NCBI GenBank assembly: GCA_038845975.1
Contig: JAWBQF010000017.1
Location: forward strand, 1-59,504
Direction of reading: 5' to 3'
From: Candidatus Methanomethylicia archaeon
Lineage (GTDB): Archaea > Thermoproteota > Methanomethylicia > CALHIW01
Length of the DNA: 59,504 bases
Position numbers and translations under genes: made by a program. How positions within the stretch are numbered: the stretch's first letter is position 1; each line of letters starts with the position of its first letter. A model generated the notes under the pieces. The model ran no database searches. It was not told the origin of the DNA and was given only the letters and a program-made list of their open reading frames with translations. Below, piece after piece: positions 10,881 to 20,829 of the stretch.

Positions 10881-12047
10881 ATGTCTCTTCCAAGCTTGAA
10901 AAAGCTTAAAAACGATATATATTTCTGTATACGTTGCGGCTTCTGTAGATCTGTATGTCCTGTTGTCTCTGAAAAAGATATGGAGGAAACAGTAGGACCT
11001 AGAGGTAGAATGATTCTTATTAGGGGACTTATAACAGGAGAAATTAAGCCAAGTAGTAGAGTTATTGATAAGATGTATATGTGTACTGGATGTGCCTACT
11101 GTCGTTTAAAATGCCCACCAGGATTAGAGGTTGATAATATAGTTTTAGCTGCTCGAAGAGATCTATTCAGTTTAGGAGTATCCATACCTGAAGGACATTT
11201 AGGAGTATTATCAAGTTTAAAATCTAATGAAAACCCATTCAGTGAACCTAAAAGCGAAAGAAATAAATGGATGGGGAATTTAGGGAATTTGGCTGGTGCA
11301 ATGTCTAAGTCTAACATATTGTATTGGGTTGGCTGTACTACATCATATATTGCGCCAAGTATAGCTTCATCCATGGCTAGAATTCTCAATAAGGCAGGTA
11401 TTAACTTTAAAACTCTTGGAGCTTCTGAGAAATGCTGTGGCTATCCGTATTTGCTAGTAGGTGATGAAAAATCCTTTAAAGAAAACGCTAAGGAGGTTGT
11501 TGAACAGATCTCTAGAGAAAATGTTGATACTGTTGTAGCAAACTGTCCTGGATGCTATAGGACATTTATTGAGCTTTATCCTAAGTATCTAGGAACCCTA
11601 CCTTTCAAGGCCATACATTCATCTCAGCTTATTGAGAACTTAATTAAAGATGGTAAAATTAAGTTTAGTAACTCTATGAATTTAAGAGTTACATATCATG
11701 ATCCATGCGATCTAGGGAGGCATACAGGTATCTATGATTCTCCTAGAAATGTTATATCGTCAATTCCAGGTGTTGAATTTATCGAGATGGAGAGAAGTAG
11801 AGCTGATGCTAGATGTTGTGGTGCTGGAGGTGCTTTAAGACTAGCGTTTCCAGAAGTATCAACTAATATTGCAACTACGAGAATTAAGCTTGATGTTGCA
11901 CCGTTAAATGTTGAAGCTATAGTTACAGCCTGTCCAACATGTGTGAGAAATCTTAAGGATGGCGTTACAATAGCTGAAGCTATGTATGATGTTAGGAGGG
12001 TTGAAGTTTTCGACTTAGCTGAGTTTGTTAGTAGAGCTCTTGGGTAG
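10881..12047 (+). CDS. GlcF/HdrD-like Fe-S protein (two 4Fe-4S motifs + two CCG domains)
   Basis: CIRCGFCRSVCP, CTGCAYCRLKCP, EKCCG, YHDPC, CCGAGG, TACPTC. A GGTGG RBS precedes the ATG at 10881. Confidence 0.9.
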   Translation: MSLPSLKKLKNDIYFCIRCGFCRSVCPVVSEKDMEETVGPRGRMILIRGLITGEIKPSSRVIDKMYMCTGCAYCRLKCPPGLEVDNIVLAARRDLFSLGVSIPEGHLGVLSSLKSNENPFSEPKSERNKWMGNLGNLAGAMSKSNILYWVGCTTSYIAPSIASSMARILNKAGINFKTLGASEKCCGYPYLLVGDEKSFKENAKEVVEQISRENVDTVVANCPGCYRTFIELYPKYLGTLPFKAIHSSQLIENLIKDGKIKFSNSMNLRVTYHDPCDLGRHTGIYDSPRNVISSIPGVEFIEMERSRADARCCGAGGALRLAFPEVSTNIATTRIKLDVAPLNVEAIVTACPTCVRNLKDGVTIAEAMYDVRRVEVFDLAEFVSRALG

Positions 12048-12052
12048 CGTAA

Positions 12053-13366
12053 ATGTCTAGCTGGTTTGAAGCATATAGGGAGGACATTGCTAAAGCTCTA
12101 GAAAATAATATACTACATGTAGCGCTTGATAGGCTTACATCAACGTTTTCATCTGCACGTGTAGCAGCTATTAGGAAGCTTCCATATTACCAATACTATA
12201 AGAAGAGGGCTAGAGAAATTAAATCATGGTCTATAAATCATCTTTCTGAACTTATAAAATCCGTTAAGGAAGCTGTTGAGTCTTTAAGCGGTGTATTTTA
12301 CTTGGCTAGAGATGCTGAGGAATGTAGAAACTATGTTTTGAAGATATGTTTAGATCATGAAGCGAAGCTTATTGTTAAGTCGAAGTCTATGGTTACTGAG
12401 GAAATATTTCTTAATGATGTATTAATAGATAAGGGAATTGAAGTTGTTGAAACAGATCTTGGTGAATGGATAGTTCAACTTAGAGGTGAGAAACCATCTC
12501 ATATAGTTGGTCCAGCTTTACATGTAACCAGAGAGGAGGTTGCTAAGCTTTTTTCAAAGATTACTGGTAGAATACTTCCACCAGACAATATTCCACTCTT
12601 AACAGTTGTTGCTCGTGAAAAACTTAGAGAGAAGTTTATAAATGCCGATATTGGTATAAGTGGAGCAAATGTTATTGCAGCTGAGACAGGAACTGTATTT
12701 ATACTTGAAAATGAAGGTAATGCAAGATTTGCAACAAATGCTCCACCAGTACATATATGCATATCTGGAATTGAGAAGCTAGTTCCAACAGTTGAGGATG
12801 CTATGCTTATTTCCCGTGTTATAACTCCTAACGCTACTGGTCAATTAGTACCTGTATACATATCGTTAATAACTGGTCCAAGTAGAACAGGAGATATTGA
12901 AATGAATCTCTCTCTTGGTGTTCACGGTCCTAAAGAATTCTATCTTATACTTGTAGATAATGGAAGATCTAGAATGATTAACGATCCTGACTTTAAGGAA
13001 GCCTCCTACTGTGTTAGGTGTGGTGCATGTTTAAATGAGTGTCCAGTATATCGTGAAATAGGTGGGCATGTATGGGGTTATAGATACATGGGTGGAATAG
13101 GAGCTATATGGACTATGTTTACACATGGTCTTGATAAAGCAGCTCCAATAGCATTTACATGTGCTACATGTGCTAGATGTAAAAACGTATGTCCAATGGA
13201 GATAGATATTCCATCAATGATCATTAAGCTTCGGAATAGGCTAATGGAAGCCGGATACATACCCCCACCATTTATTAACACTATTGAAAGCCTCAAATCA
13301 TATAGTAATCCCTTCGGAATCCAAATCAGAAAGGAAATAGCTGAAAATAAGCTACTTTATAGCTAG
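12053..13366 (+). CDS. lutB: LutB/LldF-like LUD-domain Fe-S protein (lactate utilization)
   Basis: KSKSMVTEE, ETDLGEWIVQL, PSHIVGPALH, ENEGN, CVRCGACLNECP, CATCARCKNVCP. Confidence 0.88.
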   Translation: MSSWFEAYREDIAKALENNILHVALDRLTSTFSSARVAAIRKLPYYQYYKKRAREIKSWSINHLSELIKSVKEAVESLSGVFYLARDAEECRNYVLKICLDHEAKLIVKSKSMVTEEIFLNDVLIDKGIEVVETDLGEWIVQLRGEKPSHIVGPALHVTREEVAKLFSKITGRILPPDNIPLLTVVAREKLREKFINADIGISGANVIAAETGTVFILENEGNARFATNAPPVHICISGIEKLVPTVEDAMLISRVITPNATGQLVPVYISLITGPSRTGDIEMNLSLGVHGPKEFYLILVDNGRSRMINDPDFKEASYCVRCGACLNECPVYREIGGHVWGYRYMGGIGAIWTMFTHGLDKAAPIAFTCATCARCKNVCPMEIDIPSMIIKLRNRLMEAGYIPPPFINTIESLKSYSNPFGIQIRKEIAENKLLYS

Positions 13367-13537
13367 AATTTTTACTACAATATCACATTCAGAGTTAATC
13401 ATAATTATTCTTTATAAGTAAATTAGCATACCCTATAATTTATAGCTTTATTAAATGGAGGACTGGTAAGAGTTTGAATTATAGCCAGCATATTCTAAAT
13501 CTAGAAACATTTATATTTTACCCAATATAGTTGCCAT

Positions 13538-14323
13538 GTGGATTCTCTTGATTTAGCTCGTGGTATATATGCTCCCGGTAGAGCTGTTTCAGGGCTTACT
13601 ATTAGGGTAGCTAACAAGCCTGATGTGTTATGGCGTATATTTAAGGTTTTCAGTGATTTTAATATTGGCGTTTTAGAAGCTGCAATTCCAACCTTTACGT
13701 CTGGAGCTAGTGAAATAACGCTTTTCTTTATTATTGATTTTACTAGTTCTAATGTTAGCCTGGAGAATATTATTAGTGAGCTACGTAGAATTGATAGTGT
13801 TCTAGATATTAACGTACTTGTAGGAGGACTTGAAGGCTGGGTTTTTAATACTGTTCACTTTCCCCTTACAGTTCATGATGTAAGATGTATTATATTAGCT
13901 GAACCTGCTTTAAAGGGTATGATTGAAACTCTAAGACGTGAAATGGGTTTAGGAGGTGCTGCTATTCTATTCCATATAGGCTCATTTATAGGAGTTGAAG
14001 TAGCAGGGTACTGTATTAAAAAATATGATGTTAAGGATTTGATGAAGGCTCTTGCCCTAATGAGGTATTTAATAGCTGCATGGGGATGGGGTATTATAGT
14101 AGATGCTAGGTTTAATATTGAAAAGATAAAAATTGAGTTGAATATTAGAGGTTTATGGGAATGTAGTGTTTATAGTGGTTTAGATAGTTCTCAAAGCCAC
14201 TTTTTTAGAGGCTTTCTAGCTGGATACTTCTCAACAATACTTAATAAATCTATAAGTGTATTTGAGGTTAAATGTATTGCTAAGGGTGATGTACATTGCG
14301 AATTTGTCATAGAGGAGAAATAG
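13538..14323 (+). CDS. ACT + V4R domain ligand-binding protein
   Basis: N-terminal ACT-like NKPDVL; V4R motifs GWG, WEC, SHFFRGFLAG, EVKCIAKGDVHCEF. Confidence 0.8.
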   Translation: MDSLDLARGIYAPGRAVSGLTIRVANKPDVLWRIFKVFSDFNIGVLEAAIPTFTSGASEITLFFIIDFTSSNVSLENIISELRRIDSVLDINVLVGGLEGWVFNTVHFPLTVHDVRCIILAEPALKGMIETLRREMGLGGAAILFHIGSFIGVEVAGYCIKKYDVKDLMKALALMRYLIAAWGWGIIVDARFNIEKIKIELNIRGLWECSVYSGLDSSQSHFFRGFLAGYFSTILNKSISVFEVKCIAKGDVHCEFVIEEK

Positions 14324-14329
14324 TAAGGA

Positions 14330-15370
14330 TTAAGATTTACCTTTAAATCGTTTAGCCATCTTAACTATTGCTTTAAGGTTTTCATTGGTTACTCTTGTTG
14401 GTATAGCGCATTCAGGCCCCACAATATTTACACCTGCTTCAAGAGCGTGTTTAGCCTCCTTCATAACGTCTTCAGGTTTACCGTAGAGTAGGGTTTGTGG
14501 ATTGTTGATATTTCCCATGAGTGAAATCCTATCTCCAGCAATAATTCTAACTTTTAATGGATCTCCACATTTAGAATCGAAATGGAAGCAGTCAAATCCT
14601 GTTTCACATATGTATGGTAGTCGATCTACTGTATTGCCACATATATGTAGTATGAGGGGGGCTCCTACTCTTCTTACTGCTTCCCTATGGACTTCAAGTA
14701 GAAACTCTCTATAAGTTTCAGCACTAACAAGATCTCCTGTTGCATGGTCTGGCCAACATATAACATCAGCCCCAGCTTTAACCTGTGCTTTAGCAAACTC
14801 AATACTTACCTCTTTCAGTAATTTAATCCATTCCTTAAGAAGATCCTTCCTTATTTTACTCCATATAAGTGTACGTTTAACGCCAAGTATGTGGAGGCAT
14901 AATGTCCATGGACCCATAACCTTCCCAACTATTGCTACATTAGGATATCTTCCTCTTAATATTTCTATAGCTTCAAGTAGAGCGCTTGTAGTTGGCTTAT
15001 ATAGGAAATCCTCAGGAATTCTAAACTGGTTTGGATCTGTTATTCCAAGTCCTTCACGGCTTACTCCATCAGGCATTCTATATTTATCACCCCAGTTAAC
15101 CTGGCATCCAAGCGCTGCTGCATCAAGCCATACGCTAAAGTAGGGCATTATACAGTCAAAACCTATGATTTCATAAGCTGCTGAAGCAAGCCCAGCTATT
15201 TTCTCAGGTATGTAGTGTGCTTCAGGGAAGAAGCATCCTGTTTGCTCCATTTGCTCAATAGTAGCTACACTTGTAGCGCTTCCTGCAGCTGGTCGATCAA
15301 CTCTTCCACCAAGTACTGCTGATAGGAATCTCTTACGTGGAGACATCCACTCACTAACTTCCTCACTCAT
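14330..15370 (-). CDS. MtaA/CmuA-family methylcobamide:thiol methyltransferase
   Basis: UroD/MetE fold with Zn ligands LHICG and GPEC; MGPWT; LMGNIN; overlaps the corrinoid protein gene. Confidence 0.85.
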   Translation of the reverse strand: MSEEVSEWMSPRKRFLSAVLGGRVDRPAAGSATSVATIEQMEQTGCFFPEAHYIPEKIAGLASAAYEIIGFDCIMPYFSVWLDAAALGCQVNWGDKYRMPDGVSREGLGITDPNQFRIPEDFLYKPTTSALLEAIEILRGRYPNVAIVGKVMGPWTLCLHILGVKRTLIWSKIRKDLLKEWIKLLKEVSIEFAKAQVKAGADVICWPDHATGDLVSAETYREFLLEVHREAVRRVGAPLILHICGNTVDRLPYICETGFDCFHFDSKCGDPLKVRIIAGDRISLMGNINNPQTLLYGKPEDVMKEAKHALEAGVNIVGPECAIPTRVTNENLKAIVKMAKRFKGKS

Positions 15371-16017
15371 TTAATCCCCTCCACGTACTTCTTACATATT
15401 TCAACTCCCTCAACAGCATCTAGACAGTATACATCAACACCTGCTTCCTCAGCAAAATCTTTAGTAACCGCTGCTCCACCTACTATAACCTTAACCTTAT
15501 CTCTAAGTCCTGCTGTTTTAAGTCCCTCAATAATCTTTTTAATTTCAGGCAGAGATGTAGTGAGTAGGCTTGATAACCCTAAGATATCAGGCTTAATCTC
15601 TCTAACCTTCTCAATAAACATTTCCGCTGGAACATCAACTCCTAAATCTATTACTTCAAATCCGGCTGTTTGAAGTAGAGTTGCTACTATTCCCTTACCT
15701 ATATCATGAATATCTCCTGCAACAGTTCCTAAAATAATTTTACCATGATATCTTTTAGATTCCTCTACAGCTAAGTATGGCTTCAATACTTCTAAAGCCT
15801 GACTCATAGCCTCAGCTGATACTAAAACCTCAGCTACAAAGTATACTCTACTCTCAAGTAGTTTTCCAACTTCAACCATTCCACTAGACATGGCATTAAC
15901 AAGCTTTAATGCTGAAACCCCAGCATTAATAGCTTCCTTAGCTATTTCTCTTGCTCCATCTATATTTCCATCTATAATAGCTCTTCTAATCCTATCTAGA
16001 AAACTAGCTTCACCCAT
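15367..16017 (-). CDS. Corrinoid (B12-binding) protein, MtaC/MtbC/MtsB type
   Basis: B12 motif GDIHDIGK, DLGVDV, SSLLTT, VIVGGA; N-terminal cap domain. Confidence 0.92.
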   Translation of the reverse strand: MGEASFLDRIRRAIIDGNIDGAREIAKEAINAGVSALKLVNAMSSGMVEVGKLLESRVYFVAEVLVSAEAMSQALEVLKPYLAVEESKRYHGKIILGTVAGDIHDIGKGIVATLLQTAGFEVIDLGVDVPAEMFIEKVREIKPDILGLSSLLTTSLPEIKKIIEGLKTAGLRDKVKVIVGGAAVTKDFAEEAGVDVYCLDAVEGVEICKKYVEGIK

Positions 16018-16105
16018 TTATACCACGTAGATAGCTATACTAGGCAGTATATAAACTAATCTATGAAATAAGGTTCCCAGGAATTAGGGTTTAGCTTCGA
16101 AATGA

Positions 16106-16166
16106 CGACTTGTGAACTTAAATCATTAGCTACAAGATACTTTCCATATCTAAAGCTCACAGAGCC
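16106..16166. mobile_element. ~60 bp mini-MITE, copy 2
   Basis: gacttgtgaactta...taaagctcacagagcc; similar to the copies at 4158 and 31571. Confidence 0.55.
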
Positions 16167-16477
16167 TAAAATGAATGGGTAAGGCTTAAATAGAGACATG
16201 TATTTAGATTTAATCTACTCTCACGAGGAATGTATAGCCTGTAGGATGAAGAGCTCTATGGAGTAGAGAGTATGTAACTGGAAGTGTAAATCCATGCGAA
16301 TATTATAAGCCCCAACTTTAGCCATATAGTAGCTTACTTACTCTGTTAATTCTAATGTTACTTTTTATGAGATGTAATTCTAGAAGTATATTTTAATAGC
16401 TTCATTTCTTAATAATAAGAAAGTAAGCTTAAACTGTAGGGTTTATTGGTGAAAGTTTTTAAGTTTGTTTTGTATTT

Positions 16478-18400
16478 ATGGTTATGGTTTTAAGTAGTCT
16501 TTTCGAATCTGTAGATGTTGGATCTATTAGGGTTAAGAATAGGATTGTAATGCCCCCAATAACAACAAATTATGCCTCTATGAGTGGAGAGGTATCTGAC
16601 CTCTTGATAAGACATTACGTAGAGAGAGCTAGAGGTGGTGTTGGAATGATTATTGTTGAGGCCTGTTCAGTTCATAGATATGGAAGAGCTTTCTACTGTC
16701 AGCTTGGAGCTTTTAATGATGGGTTTAAGCCTGGACTAGCTAGACTTGCTAATGCTATTAAATCCTATAATGTAGCTGTTTTCCTACAGCTCTTCCATGC
16801 TGGTAGACAGACAACATCAGCAATATCAGGTGCTCAGCCTATTGCTCCATCACCTATACCGTGTAAAACTATTAGGGAAACTCCTAGAGAAATGACATTA
16901 GAGGATATTGAGGAAATTGAGAACTCATTTACTAATGCAGCTTACAGAGCTAAAACATGCGGTTTTGATGGTGTTGAGATTCATGGAGCTCACGGCTACC
17001 TTATAAGTGAATTTCTCTCACCATATACTAATCGTAGAACTGATGGATATGGTGGAAGCCTTGAGAATAGAGCTAGATTTGCATTGGAGATTGTTGAAAG
17101 AATTAGAGAGAAGTGTGGTTTCTCGTTTACAGTAGGGTTTAGAATTAATGGCTCAGACTTTATTGATGGTGGATTAACAATTGATGAAAGCATTAAGATT
17201 GCTAAAATGCTTGAAGATGTAGGTGTTAACATTATTCATGTTTCAGCCGGAATGTATGAGTCTAGAGAGTATATAGTCCAGCCCATGTATTTTCCTAGAG
17301 GTCTACTTATACCTTTAGCTGAGAGGATTAAGAAGGAGGTTTCAATACCTGTAATAGCTGTTGGGAGAATAAATGATCCTAAATTAGCTGAGGATATAGT
17401 ATATCATAAGAGGGTAGATATGGTTGCAATGGGTAGAGCGTTAATAGCTGATCCTGAGCTTCCAAGAAAGGCTTTTGAAGGTAGGCTTAACGATGTAAGG
17501 AAGTGTATTGCATGTATAGATGGATGTGTAGGTAGACTAGTCTACGGATTCCAAGTTAAATGCTCAGTTAATCCATTAAAAGGATTAGAGGGCTTTATAA
17601 ATATAGAGAAAACAGTAAAGCCTAAAAAAGCTCTTGTAATAGGTGCAGGACCAGCTGGTCTTGAAGCTGCCCGTATGCTAGCTTTAAGAGGTCATGAAGT
17701 ATTAGTTATTGATAGAAATAGTGATATTGGTGGTGCTTTAAGACTGGCTTTAAAATTCAAGTTTAAGAGTGAGCTAGGTGAACTTATAGATTGGTATAGA
17801 ATTCAACTTAAAAACTTGAATGTTAAGGTCTTAACAGGAATTGAAGCTGATGAAAAATATATATTAAGCATTAAGCCTGACGTCGTTATTCTAGCTTCAG
17901 GATCTAAACCACTAACTCTAAGCATACCCGGCTCCCAGTTTATGTATGTTGTTGATGATGTATTAACTGGAAAAATAGAGGTTAAGGATGATGTTATCAT
18001 TATAGGTGGAGGCCTAATAGGATGTGAACTTGCAATCCATCTTGCAAGTCAAGGATTAAAAGTAACAATCGTTGAAGCTCAAGACGATATTGCAAGGGAT
18101 ACTCCAATACAAAACAAGATGGCGCTTCTAAAACTTTTAAAGGAGGCTAATGTAAAAATTGTTTTAAAAGCTAAACCAATAGAAGCTAGAAATAACTGTT
18201 TAATTGTTGAAGTTGATGGAAATAAAGAAATTCTAAAAGCTAATAGTGTAATTCTCTCAATAGGGAGATTGAAAGAGGATTGGTTATGGTGGAGTCTTAA
18301 GAATAGAGTTTGTGAGCTACATATTATAGGTGATGCCGTAAATCCAGGAAAAATAATTGATGCTGTAACAGATGGCTTCAGAATCGGTATCACAATCTAA
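16478..18400 (+). CDS. NADH:flavin oxidoreductase (OYE barrel + 4Fe-4S + FAD domain; 2,4-dienoyl-CoA reductase/BaiCD-like)
   Basis: QLFHAGR, EIHGAHGYL, NRRTDGYGGS, CIACIDGC...CSVNP, VIGAGPAGLEAA, IGGGLIGCE. Confidence 0.9.
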   Translation: MVMVLSSLFESVDVGSIRVKNRIVMPPITTNYASMSGEVSDLLIRHYVERARGGVGMIIVEACSVHRYGRAFYCQLGAFNDGFKPGLARLANAIKSYNVAVFLQLFHAGRQTTSAISGAQPIAPSPIPCKTIRETPREMTLEDIEEIENSFTNAAYRAKTCGFDGVEIHGAHGYLISEFLSPYTNRRTDGYGGSLENRARFALEIVERIREKCGFSFTVGFRINGSDFIDGGLTIDESIKIAKMLEDVGVNIIHVSAGMYESREYIVQPMYFPRGLLIPLAERIKKEVSIPVIAVGRINDPKLAEDIVYHKRVDMVAMGRALIADPELPRKAFEGRLNDVRKCIACIDGCVGRLVYGFQVKCSVNPLKGLEGFINIEKTVKPKKALVIGAGPAGLEAARMLALRGHEVLVIDRNSDIGGALRLALKFKFKSELGELIDWYRIQLKNLNVKVLTGIEADEKYILSIKPDVVILASGSKPLTLSIPGSQFMYVVDDVLTGKIEVKDDVIIIGGGLIGCELAIHLASQGLKVTIVEAQDDIARDTPIQNKMALLKLLKEANVKIVLKAKPIEARNNCLIVEVDGNKEILKANSVILSIGRLKEDWLWWSLKNRVCELHIIGDAVNPGKIIDAVTDGFRIGITI

Positions 18401-18986
18401 TGTGGGGGTAAGAGTGGAGTTTGAAGATAGAAGAGTAGAGGCAGTATTGGAGAGGATGAGTAGGTTAATAGATCCAATCTCGTTAAAGATGGTTTCAATG
18501 ATTTTGGAGAGACCGAGAACATTTTCAGAGTTTCTAAATCTTGCAAGTAAGAGTACTGTTTATAGAAAGATTGAGGAGCTTATAGAGGTAGGTATAGTGG
18601 TTAAGCTTGATCCAAGGCTTTACACTATAAATAATGAATATAGGAAATATGTTGAGGAAGTGTTGAAGATTGTTCTTGAATGGAGCGGTATGCCTCTCGA
18701 TAAGCTTTCTAAGTTGGAGACTTATACCGTTAGGAGTAGGGTTAAACCACCATTAAGATTTATAGCTAGCATACCAGTATCAAGTAGGATTTTAAGAGCT
18801 GTTGAACTTCTTTTAGGCTTCACTACATTTATAATTTTTCTTGCAGGCTTAGCTCATTATGGTGAGGTTAAAGCTAGCTTAACTGGATGGCTTATAATAA
18901 TGTATATTACAATACTAATAGTATTAACGGTAGCTATACATTTTATTACTGACTGGAAAAGAAGAATTGAAGAGTTAAAAATCTAG
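18372..18986 (+). CDS. Putative winged-helix protein with two C-terminal TM helices (start uncertain)
   Basis: HTH-like RTFSEF..ASKSTVYRKIEELIEVGIV followed by two hydrophobic segments near the C-terminus. Confidence 0.65.
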   Translation: MASESVSQSNVGVRVEFEDRRVEAVLERMSRLIDPISLKMVSMILERPRTFSEFLNLASKSTVYRKIEELIEVGIVVKLDPRLYTINNEYRKYVEEVLKIVLEWSGMPLDKLSKLETYTVRSRVKPPLRFIASIPVSSRILRAVELLLGFTTFIIFLAGLAHYGEVKASLTGWLIIMYITILIVLTVAIHFITDWKRRIEELKI

Positions 18987-19006
18987 TTTAATTAGCCTAT
19001 ATGTTA

Positions 19007-19020
19007 GAAAGATTTTTAAG
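19007..19020 (+). promoter_or_regulatory. BRE/TATA promoter of the carbon-nitrogen hydrolase gene
   Basis: GAAAG-A-TTTTTAAG ending 21 bp before the ATG at 19042; no SD, so probably leaderless. Confidence 0.5.
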
Positions 19021-19041
19021 AAGCTTATTTTTAATCTCCAT

Positions 19042-19827
19042 ATGAGGTTTAAGGCTTCTATTATTCAGATGGATGTTGCTCTCGGAGATAAAGAGGGAAA
19101 TATTAATAAAGCCTCTAGCTATGTAAAGTATTCTCTAAGTCTTGGCTCAAGGTTTATTTTACTACCTGAACTATGGACTACAAGTTATTCATACAGTAAT
19201 ATTCATGAGCTCGCTGAACCGCTAAATGGTGAAACAGTATTAAAACTTACTGAGATGGTGAAGCCCTATAATGCTTACATTATAGGTTCAATTGCTGAGT
19301 GTAGTGGTGGAGATCTATATAATACTGCTCACGTTATTGGTTCAGATGGACTTATTGGCTATTACCGTAAGGTTCATTTAATAAAGCTTCTAAATGAACA
19401 TTTATATTTTAAACCTGGTAATCATTATGGAGTTTTTAATACTGATATTGGATGTATTGGTGTTGCTATATGCTATGATTTAAGATTTCCAGAGTTTATT
19501 CGTGGAATGGTTTTGAAGGGTGCAAAAATAATATTTATACCTTCAGAGTGGCCTATTCAACGTATTCATCATTGGAGGAGTTTAATTATTGCTAGAGCTA
19601 TTGAGAACCAAGTATATGTAGTGGCTGCGAATAGAGTTGGAACTGATGGGAGGAATGTTTATGGTGGGCATTCAATGATTGTTGATCCTAACGGGCAAGT
19701 ACTTATAGAAGCTGGAGAAAATATTGAAACACTACTAGTATGTGATTTAGATCTAAATCTTATTGAAGAAGTAAGACATTCCCTACCACTACTTACAGAT
19801 AGAAGACCGGAGCTATATATAGTATAG
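19042..19827 (+). CDS. Carbon-nitrogen hydrolase (nitrilase superfamily; omega-amidase-like)
   Basis: Catalytic triad motifs LPELW, YRKVHL and ICYDLRFPE; ARAIENQ. Confidence 0.92.
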   Translation: MRFKASIIQMDVALGDKEGNINKASSYVKYSLSLGSRFILLPELWTTSYSYSNIHELAEPLNGETVLKLTEMVKPYNAYIIGSIAECSGGDLYNTAHVIGSDGLIGYYRKVHLIKLLNEHLYFKPGNHYGVFNTDIGCIGVAICYDLRFPEFIRGMVLKGAKIIFIPSEWPIQRIHHWRSLIIARAIENQVYVVAANRVGTDGRNVYGGHSMIVDPNGQVLIEAGENIETLLVCDLDLNLIEEVRHSLPLLTDRRPELYIV

Positions 19828-19831
19828 TAGG

Positions 19832-20821
19832 TCACGTCTTTCTTAACTGTTTAATTTCTTCAAGAAGTATTGGTAGTACATCGTTTAGGTCTCCAACTAT
19901 TCCTATATCACACATTTTAAATATTGGTGCATTCGGATCCTTATTTACAGCTATTATTGTTTTTGAATCCATAACTCCAACCATGTACTGCATAGCCCCC
20001 GAAACTCCTAGTGCTATATGTATTTTAGGTCTTACTGTTTTACCGCTTTGCCCTATCATTTGGTCTTCTTTAATATAGCCCTCGTCAACAGCTGGTCTTG
20101 TGCCCCCTATAGCTGCTCCTAATGTTTCAGCTAGATCCCTTATTAGCTTAAACGTTTCCGGCTTACATCCTCCAAGACCTACTCCAACTACAATCTCTGC
20201 TTCCTCCAGTGGTTTTCCTAGTGGTTCCTCCTCTACGATTTCTAGCGTTCTAGCTTTTATTTTTTCCTCGCTGATTTCAGTCTTGAAATTAATTATTTCC
20301 CCCTTCTTACTTGTTTTTTCAGGTTTTGCTAGTACTCCAGGTCTTACAGTAGCTATTTGCGGTCTTGCTTTAGGGCATGTTACTACAGCCATTACTCCAC
20401 CACCAAATCCTGGAACAATCTGTTTCAGTATTCCATTTTCATCAATATCTAATCCTACAATATGTGCTGATAATCCTGTTTTAAGTCTTGCAGCAATTCT
20501 TGGAGCTAAATCCATACCTATACTCGTAGCGCCTATAAGTAGAATTTCCGGATTGTATTTTAGTACTGCTTCACATATAATATCTGTATATAAATCATTT
20601 TGGTAGAGTCTTAGTAGTGGATGCTCTACAACATATACTTTATCTACACCATAGGATATAAGTTCATCAGCTAATTGGCCAACATTATCTGTAAGAATTA
20701 TTGATGCTGTTGATGATTTAATCTTATCAGCTATCTTTCTAGCTCCATTTATTAGCTCAATACTTACATCCATTAACCTTCCACTTCTACATTCAGCATA
20801 AACCCATACCTCACCAGACAT
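19832..20821 (-). CDS. etfA: Electron transfer flavoprotein alpha subunit
   Basis: PQIATVRPG, IGQSGKTVRP, GVSGAMQY, AVNKDPNAPIF. Confidence 0.95.
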   Translation of the reverse strand: MSGEVWVYAECRSGRLMDVSIELINGARKIADKIKSSTASIILTDNVGQLADELISYGVDKVYVVEHPLLRLYQNDLYTDIICEAVLKYNPEILLIGATSIGMDLAPRIAARLKTGLSAHIVGLDIDENGILKQIVPGFGGGVMAVVTCPKARPQIATVRPGVLAKPEKTSKKGEIINFKTEISEEKIKARTLEIVEEEPLGKPLEEAEIVVGVGLGGCKPETFKLIRDLAETLGAAIGGTRPAVDEGYIKEDQMIGQSGKTVRPKIHIALGVSGAMQYMVGVMDSKTIIAVNKDPNAPIFKMCDIGIVGDLNDVLPILLEEIKQLRKT

Positions 20822-20829
20822 TCAACCAC

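Noticed and set aside
16170-16340. IS200/IS605 right end or omega-RNA remnant
   Set aside because: Only a vague aagcccc...ctttag resemblance; no hairpin or tnpB frame can be supported.
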